This document shows, piece after piece, positions 25,645 to 33,885 of a stretch of 64,000 nt of DNA. The DNA is from Bacteroidota bacterium (lineage in GTDB: Bacteria; Bacteroidota; Bacteroidia; Bacteroidales; GCA-2748055), in NCBI GenBank assembly GCA_043797815.1, contig JAZDPG010000027.1, positions 29,554 through 93,553 of the forward strand, written 5' to 3'. Every line of letters starts with the position of its first letter. The first letter of the stretch is position 1. Under the pieces are notes generated by a model. It was not told where the DNA came from. It saw only the letters and a program-made list of their open reading frames with translations, and searched no databases. Position numbers and translations under genes: made by a program.

Positions 25645-28600
25645 TTATATCCATCTTTCCTGTTCGAGGGTGTTTCGCTGTTCCTGCCCCGGAACTTCTC
25701 TCAGCCTCCGTCCGGATATAGTAAAATAGTCGAAGCCATAAAGAAGCTCAAGCTGTTGCTTCTTGAATTGCTGTCCATTGATATTTGATCCGGCCTCCTT
25801 CATTTCCATGAACATTAACTTGATCTGGGAGTGGTAATCAGGACGACCCAAATATTCCATCTTGGCATCAATCAGGATTTTTTCCAGCTGGTTGTTTGGA
25901 TGGAAGGGTTGTTTGGTGGCCATAATCAGATTACAAATCTGATCGATCTGTGTTTCGGAGTATTTAAATTCAGGAAGAATTTCCCTGGCGATGACAGAAG
26001 ACCTGTTTTCGTAATTAAAATAGGCCTGTGTGAGACCTGTGTATAAGAGAAGGGCTGCTGTTCTGACCAGCAGCCGTTCATCCTGTTCAATCTCTTCCGC
26101 GCGGCTGAGAAGGAAAGACTGGTTGTATATTTTCTTTGCAAATTCGATCTTGTGAAAGTAAAGGTTTGAAGGCAGGTTGATCAGAATGGTTTCAAACACC
26201 TTCTCTTCCAGGTCGCCCAGCCTGAGTAACTGAAGCTTTGTGAAGAACCGCTTATTTGGAATCCCCTTCAGATCAACCGAAAGCTCGGGGCGCAATCCGT
26301 TCACGAAATACATATCGATGTTTCCCTTGTACTTCACAGGTAATTTTCCTCTGTATTCGCAAATAAAATACTCCTTCACCATTCCATAGGTGATCCCGGA
26401 TATGTTCACTTTACCCGGAATCCCTGAAGACTCCATCCGGGATGCCGTGTTGACCGTATCTCCCCAGATATCATAGGACATCTTTTTATGGCCCACCACA
26501 CCGGCGATCACCGGTCCGGTATGGATTCCAATCCTCAGGTCCCAGATATCAGTCTTGGTGGATTTCAGTTGTTGCATGTATATCTGCATTTCAAGAGCGG
26601 CCAGAACCACTTCAACCGGATTGGTGGAGTTTTTTGTGGGAATCCCTCCGGCAGCCATGTATGCATCACCGATGGTTTTGATTTTTTCGATGTTATATTT
26701 CTCCACCACCGAATCAAAATGGAAAAAGAACTTATCCAATTCATCGATCAGGACTTCGGGATTCATCTCTTCAGCAATCTTTGTAAATCCCTGTATGTCG
26801 GAGAAGAGGACCGTGGCCCTTTCGTACTTATCCCATTTGGCTTTGCCCTCGGATTTCAGCTGGGCAGCAGTTCTGTCGGGCAAAATCTCTGCCACCAGTT
26901 TGTCGGATTTTTCCTTCTCAACCGTCAGGTCATCCAGCTTTGTCTGCATGCGTTGTGAAACCCTTGATTCGGCGCGCTGATTGCCGAGTAGTCTCCATTT
27001 CTGAATGAGGAAAAGGAAGATCAGGAAGATCAGCCCGTAAACCACATAAGCATACCATGTCCTGTAGAAGGGAGCTTCAATAACGAACTGAAATTCAGAT
27101 GGTTCAGAATACCTTCCATAAAGATCTTTTGCCTGGGCAATGAGCCTGTAATGTCCTGGCTTTAATCTGTCATAGAAGATCTCCCGGTTGTTGTTCCATT
27201 CCGACCAGGCTTCCTGGGCTGGCAGTAATTTGTACCTGAATTCAGGTTCCGGTGTGCTCTGGAACTCCAATCCTGCCAAATGAAATCCTGCCGAGGTAAG
27301 CTTACTGAAATTGCCCAGAGGTTCTACACGAATGGGTAACCTGCTGTCATCAGTGTCAAGCAAGGAGAGATCAAAAAGGGAGACTTTGTCCGGACCGGTG
27401 AGAAACAAAATACTGTCCCTGATATTCAGATTGATAATCTCACCCAGATTCTGAAGGACGGGATAGGATCGCTGGTCCTCCTCAAATGCAGCAGATGCTT
27501 TTGCATGCCTTACACCAGACATGTATTTTCCCTGATGTCTGACCATCCAGTATCCTTCAGATGCATCAGGAATGATGATGTCTGAGACCGTCAGGATTTT
27601 TGCCTTGTTGTCCTTATCCAGGGGCAGGAAAGTCTCCTCCCCCGTTTCGTAACGATATACCTGGTTGTCGGTGATCAGGTAGAGCTCTCGGTCCATGGGG
27701 ATCAGCCTGAAAAGCATCTCTTCCCGGTGAAAAGGCAAAGGGATCACACTCTCCAGATCATCAGATAACCTGTACGCCTGGTTGTTACAAATGAAAAAGA
27801 CACTGCCCCCGTACCTGGCAAATGAGTGTGAACAGGTCAGAGAGGGATCAAGGAGCGTGCTGGTCCAACCATCATCGGAAAGATCATACCGTATAACACC
27901 CTCTTCTCCGGATGCAATCAGCAAATCATCCCGCATGGCAGCCATTCCGGTGAAGTTCCCTGCAGCCAATAAATCGGATCTGTTGTCCCGGACAGATAAA
28001 AGGTGGCCTGATCCTGCTCCAAAAACCGTATGTCCGGCTTTTTCAATCAATTGGTACGCACCCGGAGTTTCACCGGAAACGCACTGGATTTCCCACTGAC
28101 CATAGAGATCTTCACGGGTCTCTGCGACAAAGACGCCATGGCTTGTCCCCAGAACAATGCCATGATCAGTAACTGCCGATGCTAAAATCCTGCCAATGGA
28201 ACCCGGGTCAAAGTATATGATATTCAGCGAGGATGGTTGGTTGATCTTATGAAGCGTATGGACACCCAGGATCCACAATTCATCTCCTTCGCAGGTGCTG
28301 GCCTGCAGGATATCCCTGTCAGGCATTCCCTCCCTGATTCCCAGTACACGGATTACCTTGCCCTGGCAGTTCAGGACCTGGATTCCTTCACCGGGTGAAA
28401 CAACAAGCAACTCATCCCAGCTGAGAAAATCGAGAAAAGTATATCCCTGGCTGCTTTCTAAGATATCGGGAAGCAGGGTTGGATCATATGCCTGGCTACC
28501 GGCAGTAAGGTCATCAAAGCCAGTGCCACTCCATTCCCGGAATCCATGCCCTGCAATCCTCAGGAACAATTCACCTTCGATCACATGCAGACTGGTATAA

Positions 28601-29112
28601 GATTCCTGGTAGGGAAAAACTTTGATTCGTCCATTTTTAAACTGGTAAATCCCTTTTTCAGAATTCAGGAAAACGGAATGATCTGCATAGATCAGTTGGG
28701 TGGGACTGAAGTCACGGTACGCCCTTAAGATGCGGTCTTTATAAGATTGGGTTTGGAACAGGCCGTCTTTTTCTTTAATAAGTAGTCCAATGTCATTCTT
28801 GCATGCATAAAAAAGGGTGTCTGAACCCTGGCCGGTCACAAATACCGGACCGTTCATTTGAATATGAACAGACTTGTTTTCATTGAGAATTGTCAATACG
28901 TTTTCCTTTCCAAGAAAGAGGTGCCCGAGATGATCCAGGAAGAACGATTTGTTAGGAATATCCACGTATTGATCAGGAAGCTCTATCTCCTGGATCCAGG
29001 GTGTCGGATAGAAGGTTGAATTCTGCGCAATTCCCCAATTGAAGCAGGATTCACAGGTTACGAACACAAAAAAAATCAAACAAACCCTATATGACTTGAA
29101 AAATAAATTCAT
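25645..29112 (-). CDS. membrane-bound sensor nucleotide (adenylate/guanylate) cyclase: periplasmic propeller-like region + Y_Y_Y module, TM, class III cyclase domain, degenerate HD-like C-terminal domain
   Basis: The ORF is open to 29154, and the likely start is ATG 29112 (MNLFFKSYRVCLIFFVFV..). The Y_Y_Y-like segment is ..EFRYKLLP..WSEW......FYDRLKPGHYRLIAQAKDLYGRYSEP..F.. The TM helix WYAYVVYGLIFLIFLFL spans 26995-27060. The cyclase motifs are FSDIQGFT, KTIGDAYMAAGG and GDTVNTASRMES. The tail carries YFHKIEF..AALLLYTG..LIDAKMEYLG. Confidence 0.85.
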   Translation of the reverse strand: MNLFFKSYRVCLIFFVFVTCESCFNWGIAQNSTFYPTPWIQEIELPDQYVDIPNKSFFLDHLGHLFLGKENVLTILNENKSVHIQMNGPVFVTGQGSDTLFYACKNDIGLLIKEKDGLFQTQSYKDRILRAYRDFSPTQLIYADHSVFLNSEKGIYQFKNGRIKVFPYQESYTSLHVIEGELFLRIAGHGFREWSGTGFDDLTAGSQAYDPTLLPDILESSQGYTFLDFLSWDELLVVSPGEGIQVLNCQGKVIRVLGIREGMPDRDILQASTCEGDELWILGVHTLHKINQPSSLNIIYFDPGSIGRILASAVTDHGIVLGTSHGVFVAETREDLYGQWEIQCVSGETPGAYQLIEKAGHTVFGAGSGHLLSVRDNRSDLLAAGNFTGMAAMRDDLLIASGEEGVIRYDLSDDGWTSTLLDPSLTCSHSFARYGGSVFFICNNQAYRLSDDLESVIPLPFHREEMLFRLIPMDRELYLITDNQVYRYETGEETFLPLDKDNKAKILTVSDIIIPDASEGYWMVRHQGKYMSGVRHAKASAAFEEDQRSYPVLQNLGEIINLNIRDSILFLTGPDKVSLFDLSLLDTDDSRLPIRVEPLGNFSKLTSAGFHLAGLEFQSTPEPEFRYKLLPAQEAWSEWNNNREIFYDRLKPGHYRLIAQAKDLYGRYSEPSEFQFVIEAPFYRTWYAYVVYGLIFLIFLFLIQKWRLLGNQRAESRVSQRMQTKLDDLTVEKEKSDKLVAEILPDRTAAQLKSEGKAKWDKYERATVLFSDIQGFTKIAEEMNPEVLIDELDKFFFHFDSVVEKYNIEKIKTIGDAYMAAGGIPTKNSTNPVEVVLAALEMQIYMQQLKSTKTDIWDLRIGIHTGPVIAGVVGHKKMSYDIWGDTVNTASRMESSGIPGKVNISGITYGMVKEYFICEYRGKLPVKYKGNIDMYFVNGLRPELSVDLKGIPNKRFFTKLQLLRLGDLEEKVFETILINLPSNLYFHKIEFAKKIYNQSFLLSRAEEIEQDERLLVRTAALLLYTGLTQAYFNYENRSSVIAREILPEFKYSETQIDQICNLIMATKQPFHPNNQLEKILIDAKMEYLGRPDYHSQIKLMFMEMKEAGSNINGQQFKKQQLELLYGFDYFTISGRRLREVPGQEQRNTLEQERWI

Positions 29113-29209
29113 AACTTGTGAATCTGAGTCATTGCCGCAGAACGTTAGATACAACCAAAAATATAAAAATATATTGACCCGTCATTGATAACCAAACCTC
29201 AGGATTCCT

Positions 29210-30046
29210 ATGGAAAAGTTAGAAAGGCCGATTATCGTACCATGGGATTTTTCACAGGTTGCTGAAAATGCATTTCAACATGCCGTGAATATTTCCAAAG
29301 CCCTGAACAGGGAAATTCTCCTTCTTCATATCGTTGCTGATGCTCAACATGCCGGGTCCAAAAAGAAAGAGCTGGAGGCTGCAGCTGAGAAACTCGGAAA
29401 TGAATATGGAAAAAAGCCTCATGTTGACGTGGTGGATGGCAGTATTTTTCATGCCATTGGAGAAACTGCCAAAGAGCTAAAGGCCGAAATGATTATCATG
29501 GGAACCCACGGTTTAAAAGGTGCCCAGAAATTATTTGGAAGCAAAGCCCTTAAGGTTGTGGTTTCCTCAAGGATCCCATTTGTTATCGTTCAGGACAAGC
29601 CTTCAAAGGATAAGATTGAAACCATTCTTCTGCCCATTGATTTCAAAAGAGAGAATAAGGAGAAGGCCAACTGGATCTACTACCTTGCCAGGAATTTCGG
29701 AGCAAAATTCATCATTCTGAAGTCCAATGCGAAAGACAAAGGATTCCGAAGAAAGATTATTTCGAACATCAAATACATTGAATCCTTCCTGAAAGGGCAT
29801 GATGTGGCCTATGAAATCGTTACTACTGAAGGCAAGCAAAGCTTCAAAAAGGAAATTGTTGATTTTGCCAAAAAGCGCGATGCTGACCTGATTCTTGTGA
29901 TGGCCACAAGGGATATCAATTGGATTGATTACTTGCTGGGTGCTCCGGAGCAGTATCTGATTGCAAATCCGGAAGGGATTTCTGTCATGTGCATGAATCC
30001 CAAACCAGCTAAATTATCGGGTGGTTTCAGTGCCACAGGAAGTTGA
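29210..30046 (+). CDS. tandem universal stress protein (UspA-family) domains
   Basis: 278-aa ORF made of two ~135-aa halves. Each half ends in a Usp-like ..(I/L)IxMGTHG.. or ..LILVMATRD.. nucleotide-binding-type segment. Confidence 0.8.
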   Translation: MEKLERPIIVPWDFSQVAENAFQHAVNISKALNREILLLHIVADAQHAGSKKKELEAAAEKLGNEYGKKPHVDVVDGSIFHAIGETAKELKAEMIIMGTHGLKGAQKLFGSKALKVVVSSRIPFVIVQDKPSKDKIETILLPIDFKRENKEKANWIYYLARNFGAKFIILKSNAKDKGFRRKIISNIKYIESFLKGHDVAYEIVTTEGKQSFKKEIVDFAKKRDADLILVMATRDINWIDYLLGAPEQYLIANPEGISVMCMNPKPAKLSGGFSATGS

Positions 30047-30639
30047 AAATCGTTTTTGCCACCAATAACAAGCATAAGCTTGAAGAGATCAAGGCCCTCC
30101 TGGATGAAAAGTTCGACATCATTGGATTGAAAGAAGTGGGCATCGAAGAGGAAGTTCCGGAGGACCATGCGACCCTAGAGGAGAATGCCTCCCAAAAAGC
30201 CAGGTACATATACAACCTTACCGGGGAGAACTGTTTTGCCGATGATACAGGTCTCGAAGTATGGGCGCTGGACGGGGAGCCGGGCGTTTACTCTGCCAGG
30301 TATTCCAGGATTGGTAACCCGGTATTCCCGGAGATGGAAACCACTGAAGGCAATATCAGGAAGCTCCTGCTGAAGCTGGATGGAGTGGAAGAGCGAAAGG
30401 CACAGTTCAAAACAGTGATCGCCCTGATCATCGGCGGGTCTGAATATCATTTTGAGGGCGTGATTGAAGGAGAGATAAAGAAAGAACCATCAGGGTCCAT
30501 GGGTTTTGGTTATGATCCGGTTTTCATCCCTGTGGGCTACCAACAGAGTTTTGCAGAAATGGCACTTTCTGAAAAAAACCGCATCAGTCACCGGGCCAAG
30601 GCAGTTCAAAAGCTCGTACAATTCCTGAAGGAAATGTAA
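30043..30639 (+). CDS. rdgB: non-canonical purine NTP pyrophosphatase (RdgB/HAM1 family)
   Basis: 198-aa ORF whose TTG start overlaps the USP stop (TTGA). It contains ..IVFATNNKHKLEEI.., ..FADDTGLEV.ALDG.PGVYSAR.. and ..GFGYDP.F.P....SFAE... Confidence 0.85.
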   Translation: MKIVFATNNKHKLEEIKALLDEKFDIIGLKEVGIEEEVPEDHATLEENASQKARYIYNLTGENCFADDTGLEVWALDGEPGVYSARYSRIGNPVFPEMETTEGNIRKLLLKLDGVEERKAQFKTVIALIIGGSEYHFEGVIEGEIKKEPSGSMGFGYDPVFIPVGYQQSFAEMALSEKNRISHRAKAVQKLVQFLKEM

Positions 30640-30681
30640 TATGTCTTTTGAAATTGCGTATTTATTAAAACCACCTCAATC

Positions 30682-32994
30682 ATGCGATACCGGTTTATAC
30701 AGCTTTTAATCTTCATGGGTTTGTTTGTTCCGGGCCAGGCAAACGGACAAATTAAGCTTGGACAATGGAGGACTCACCTGCCGTATAAGTATTGTATTCT
30801 TGCCGAAGCAACGGACGATCGTATATTCTGTTCCTCCACAGGCGGATTGTTCACCTATAACCTGCTTGATAATTCGGTTGAAAAGCTATCCAAGATCGAT
30901 GGGCTTTCCGACAACGGTTTGTCCGCCATGCGGTGGAGCAATGATCTGAAAACCCTGGTTCTGGCATACCAGAACTCCAATATTGATATCATCAGGGGCG
31001 GTGTAATCCTGAACATACCCGACCTCATGAAAAAGCAAATACCAGGAGATAAATCCGTTTATGACATTTTCTATTACGGGCATTATGCATATCTCTCAAC
31101 CGGTTTCGGCATTGTGGTTCTGAATCTTGAAAAGGATGAAATCAAAGATACCTATTACATTGGCGACAATGGTAATGCCCTGAAAGTGAATCAGGTGACA
31201 ATTGATGGAACCTATATTTATGCAGCAACAGAACAGGGCATCAGAAGGGGATTGATCTCAGATCCCTTCCTTGTGGATTACAATGCATGGGAGGTGATGA
31301 ATGAACTACCCAATGCCGGGGGGTCTTTCTCTGCGATAGCCTTTTTCAATAATGCGTTTTTCGCTTCTTACAGGGATCCGTCAGGCATAAAGGATGAGGT
31401 CTATTATAATACGGGAGGCGCTTGGGTCGATTATCCTTATTTCACCGGGACTGTGTGCCGGGAAATTCTGAATCATGGCAATTTTATGACCCTGGTGGAT
31501 GATATTCGTGTGAACCTGATCAGTAATGACTTCCTGGTTGTAAAACAGCTTCAAACCAGCCATCCCATGTCGGCATCCCTGGATAAAGATGATTACATTT
31601 GGGCAGCCGATTATGGAAAAGGAATGGTTACCAACCGGGGAGGAGGGTCGTGGACTGTGATTCCCGATGGGCCGCAATCCGCGGTGGCATTTGAAATGGC
31701 CTCTGCCGGAAACATTCTTTATACGGTGCAGGGGGGTATCGATGGGTCGTGGAATAACCTGTTCCATGTGGCAACCATGGAGACATTCAGTGATGAGACC
31801 TGGAGTTTCCTTCAAAACGGGAGCAGTCGGGACCTGGTGGTTTTGGCCATAGATCCTTCGGACCCGGAGCATCTTTATGCCGGATCCTGGGGTTATGGGC
31901 TTCATGAATACCGGGCCGGGGAGGAGATCGCTCAATACAAAGAATCAAACAGTTCCATGCAAAGTATCTATCCCGGAGCCGATTTTATCAGGATCGGGGG
32001 AGTGGCTTTCGATCCGATGGGAAACTTGTGGATCACCAATTCAAATGTGGCTGAGCCTATCTCCGTCCTCAAAGCCGACGGAAGCTGGAAAAGTTTCCGT
32101 GCTGACAACAAAATCTCTGAATTCGATGCGCTTTCAAGGATTCTGGTTACAAGTTCCGGACATAAATGGGTGATCATTCCCAGGGGGAACGGGCTTTTCG
32201 CCATGGATGACAACGGGACCATTGATGACGCGTCGGATGATGATTATCAGCGGGTCAGCGTGAAGGACAAATACGGGAAAGTTATTACAAATGCTATACG
32301 CTCTTTTGCCGAGGATCTGAACGGGAACCTCTGGCTGGGAACCAACCAGGGGATCCTGGTTATTTACAGTCCATACCGCTTGTTTACAGAGGGTGAAGTC
32401 ACTGCACAGGAGATCATAGTGCCACGAAAGGGGGAGGTCAAACCGGATGGCACCATCCCTGGTGATGTTTTGCTGGGTGAGCAGGTGGTCACGGCCATCG
32501 AAGTGGACGGAGCCAACCGGAAATGGCTGGGAACTGCAGGCGGAGGAGTTTATCTTGTATCGGAGGACGGGCTGGAGGAGATTCACCAGTTTAACGAAGC
32601 CAACAGTCCCCTGCTTTCCGATAACATTCAGGATATCTGTGTGGACGGGGTTTCGGGGGAGGTCTATTTTGCCACTGAAAAAGGAATCATCTCTTACAAA
32701 GGAGAAGCGCTTACCGGGAGTCCCCTGTATAACAACGTGGTGGTATTTCCTAATCCCGTCAGGGAAACTTACAATGGACCTGTGGCCATTAAGGGTCTGA
32801 TGGAAAAAACCACTGTAAAGATTCAGGACATGGGAGGGAATCTTGTATATGAAACCGAATCGATGGGAGGGCAGGCTCTCTGGGATGGAACCAATTTCAG
32901 GGGTGAACGGGTGGCTACCGGGGTTTACCTGATCTTTCTCTCCAGCGAGAAAGGGGATTTTTCCCATGTGACGAAATTGCTGTTTATCCATTAA
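30682..32994 (+). CDS. PorZ-like double beta-propeller protein with T9SS type-A C-terminal sorting domain
   Basis: 770-aa ORF with a signal peptide and two-component-regulator-propeller-like repeats. The C-terminal ~80 aa read ..VVVFPNPVRETYNG..GVYLIFL..KLLFIH, the Por_Secre_tail pattern. Size and architecture match the PorZ component of T9SS as I remember it. Confidence 0.6.
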   Translation: MRYRFIQLLIFMGLFVPGQANGQIKLGQWRTHLPYKYCILAEATDDRIFCSSTGGLFTYNLLDNSVEKLSKIDGLSDNGLSAMRWSNDLKTLVLAYQNSNIDIIRGGVILNIPDLMKKQIPGDKSVYDIFYYGHYAYLSTGFGIVVLNLEKDEIKDTYYIGDNGNALKVNQVTIDGTYIYAATEQGIRRGLISDPFLVDYNAWEVMNELPNAGGSFSAIAFFNNAFFASYRDPSGIKDEVYYNTGGAWVDYPYFTGTVCREILNHGNFMTLVDDIRVNLISNDFLVVKQLQTSHPMSASLDKDDYIWAADYGKGMVTNRGGGSWTVIPDGPQSAVAFEMASAGNILYTVQGGIDGSWNNLFHVATMETFSDETWSFLQNGSSRDLVVLAIDPSDPEHLYAGSWGYGLHEYRAGEEIAQYKESNSSMQSIYPGADFIRIGGVAFDPMGNLWITNSNVAEPISVLKADGSWKSFRADNKISEFDALSRILVTSSGHKWVIIPRGNGLFAMDDNGTIDDASDDDYQRVSVKDKYGKVITNAIRSFAEDLNGNLWLGTNQGILVIYSPYRLFTEGEVTAQEIIVPRKGEVKPDGTIPGDVLLGEQVVTAIEVDGANRKWLGTAGGGVYLVSEDGLEEIHQFNEANSPLLSDNIQDICVDGVSGEVYFATEKGIISYKGEALTGSPLYNNVVVFPNPVRETYNGPVAIKGLMEKTTVKIQDMGGNLVYETESMGGQALWDGTNFRGERVATGVYLIFLSSEKGDFSHVTKLLFIH

Positions 32995-32996
32995 CC

Positions 32997-33728
32997 ATGA
33001 TCCGGAAATCCAGGGGTATCATACTGCATACCATCCGGTATGGTGAGTCAAGTCTTGTGGTTCATTGCTATACGGAGCAATTCGGCCGCCAGACCTACAT
33101 GGTGAAGGGGGTTCGCAAGTCGCGCCGGAACAACCGCTCCAACCTGTTTCAACCCCTGTTTATACTCGACTTCGAGGTATATCACAAAGCCACCAGGGAG
33201 ATGCAGCTGGTGAAAGAGGTTTCCAGGTCAGTTCCCATCAACACCATTCCTTATGACATTACCAAAAGCACGCAGGCTTTGTTCATGGCGGAAGTGTTGT
33301 ACCGGGTGATCAGGGAGGAAGAGCCCAATCCTGTGCTTGCACAATTTCTGATGAATTCCATTCAGTACCTGGATACGCTGGAAAAACCCCTGCCCGATTT
33401 TCACATTATTTTCATGTTTCAGCTGTCGCGTCATCTCGGCTTTTTTCCACGGAATAATTTCGGAAAGGGCTTTCGCTATTTTGACCTGGTCAGCGGACAG
33501 TATAAATCACTTTACAGCGATCCCGGTATCCAGCTGGATGAGGCCTCCAGTGCGCTCTGGAACAAGTATATAGATAGTGATTTTAAGGAAGCACAGCACA
33601 TAGGATTCAACAGTTTCCAGAGAAAAAACATCCTGGATTCACTGGTAAGATATTATAAAAATCACGTGGCGGGCATGGGAGAAATCAAATCGCTCGAAGT
33701 GCTTCATGATTTTTTTCACAATTTGTGA
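32997..33728 (+). CDS. recO: DNA repair protein RecO
   Basis: 243-aa ORF starting MIRKSRGIILHTIRYGESSLVVHCYTEQFGRQTYMVKG.., which is the RecO N-terminal OB-fold pattern. Confidence 0.85.
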   Translation: MIRKSRGIILHTIRYGESSLVVHCYTEQFGRQTYMVKGVRKSRRNNRSNLFQPLFILDFEVYHKATREMQLVKEVSRSVPINTIPYDITKSTQALFMAEVLYRVIREEEPNPVLAQFLMNSIQYLDTLEKPLPDFHIIFMFQLSRHLGFFPRNNFGKGFRYFDLVSGQYKSLYSDPGIQLDEASSALWNKYIDSDFKEAQHIGFNSFQRKNILDSLVRYYKNHVAGMGEIKSLEVLHDFFHNL

Positions 33729-33741
33729 TTCCGATTCCCGT

Positions 33742-33749
33742 TAAATTTG
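33742..33749 (+). promoter_or_regulatory. putative -7 promoter box (TAAATTTG) upstream of the giant adhesin gene
   Basis: It matches TAnnTTTG, 14 nt after the recO stop and about 135 nt before the first possible start of the adhesin ORF. Confidence 0.3.
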
Positions 33750-33885
33750 TCTAGATTCGAGAAACATACACCTATATAGTGCGTATAAGCAACGAAACTC
33801 ATGCAGTATGGGTCTTATAGCAGAACGCATTTTACACTCAATCCAGGCATCATAAGGTACCTGGATATAATTTTACCATAGCAAG

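Noticed and set aside
32134-32991. 285-aa minus-strand ORF antisense to the PorZ-like gene.
   Set aside because: The plus-strand product has a signal peptide, propeller repeats and a T9SS CTD. The antisense translation has no start context, no motifs and an odd composition.
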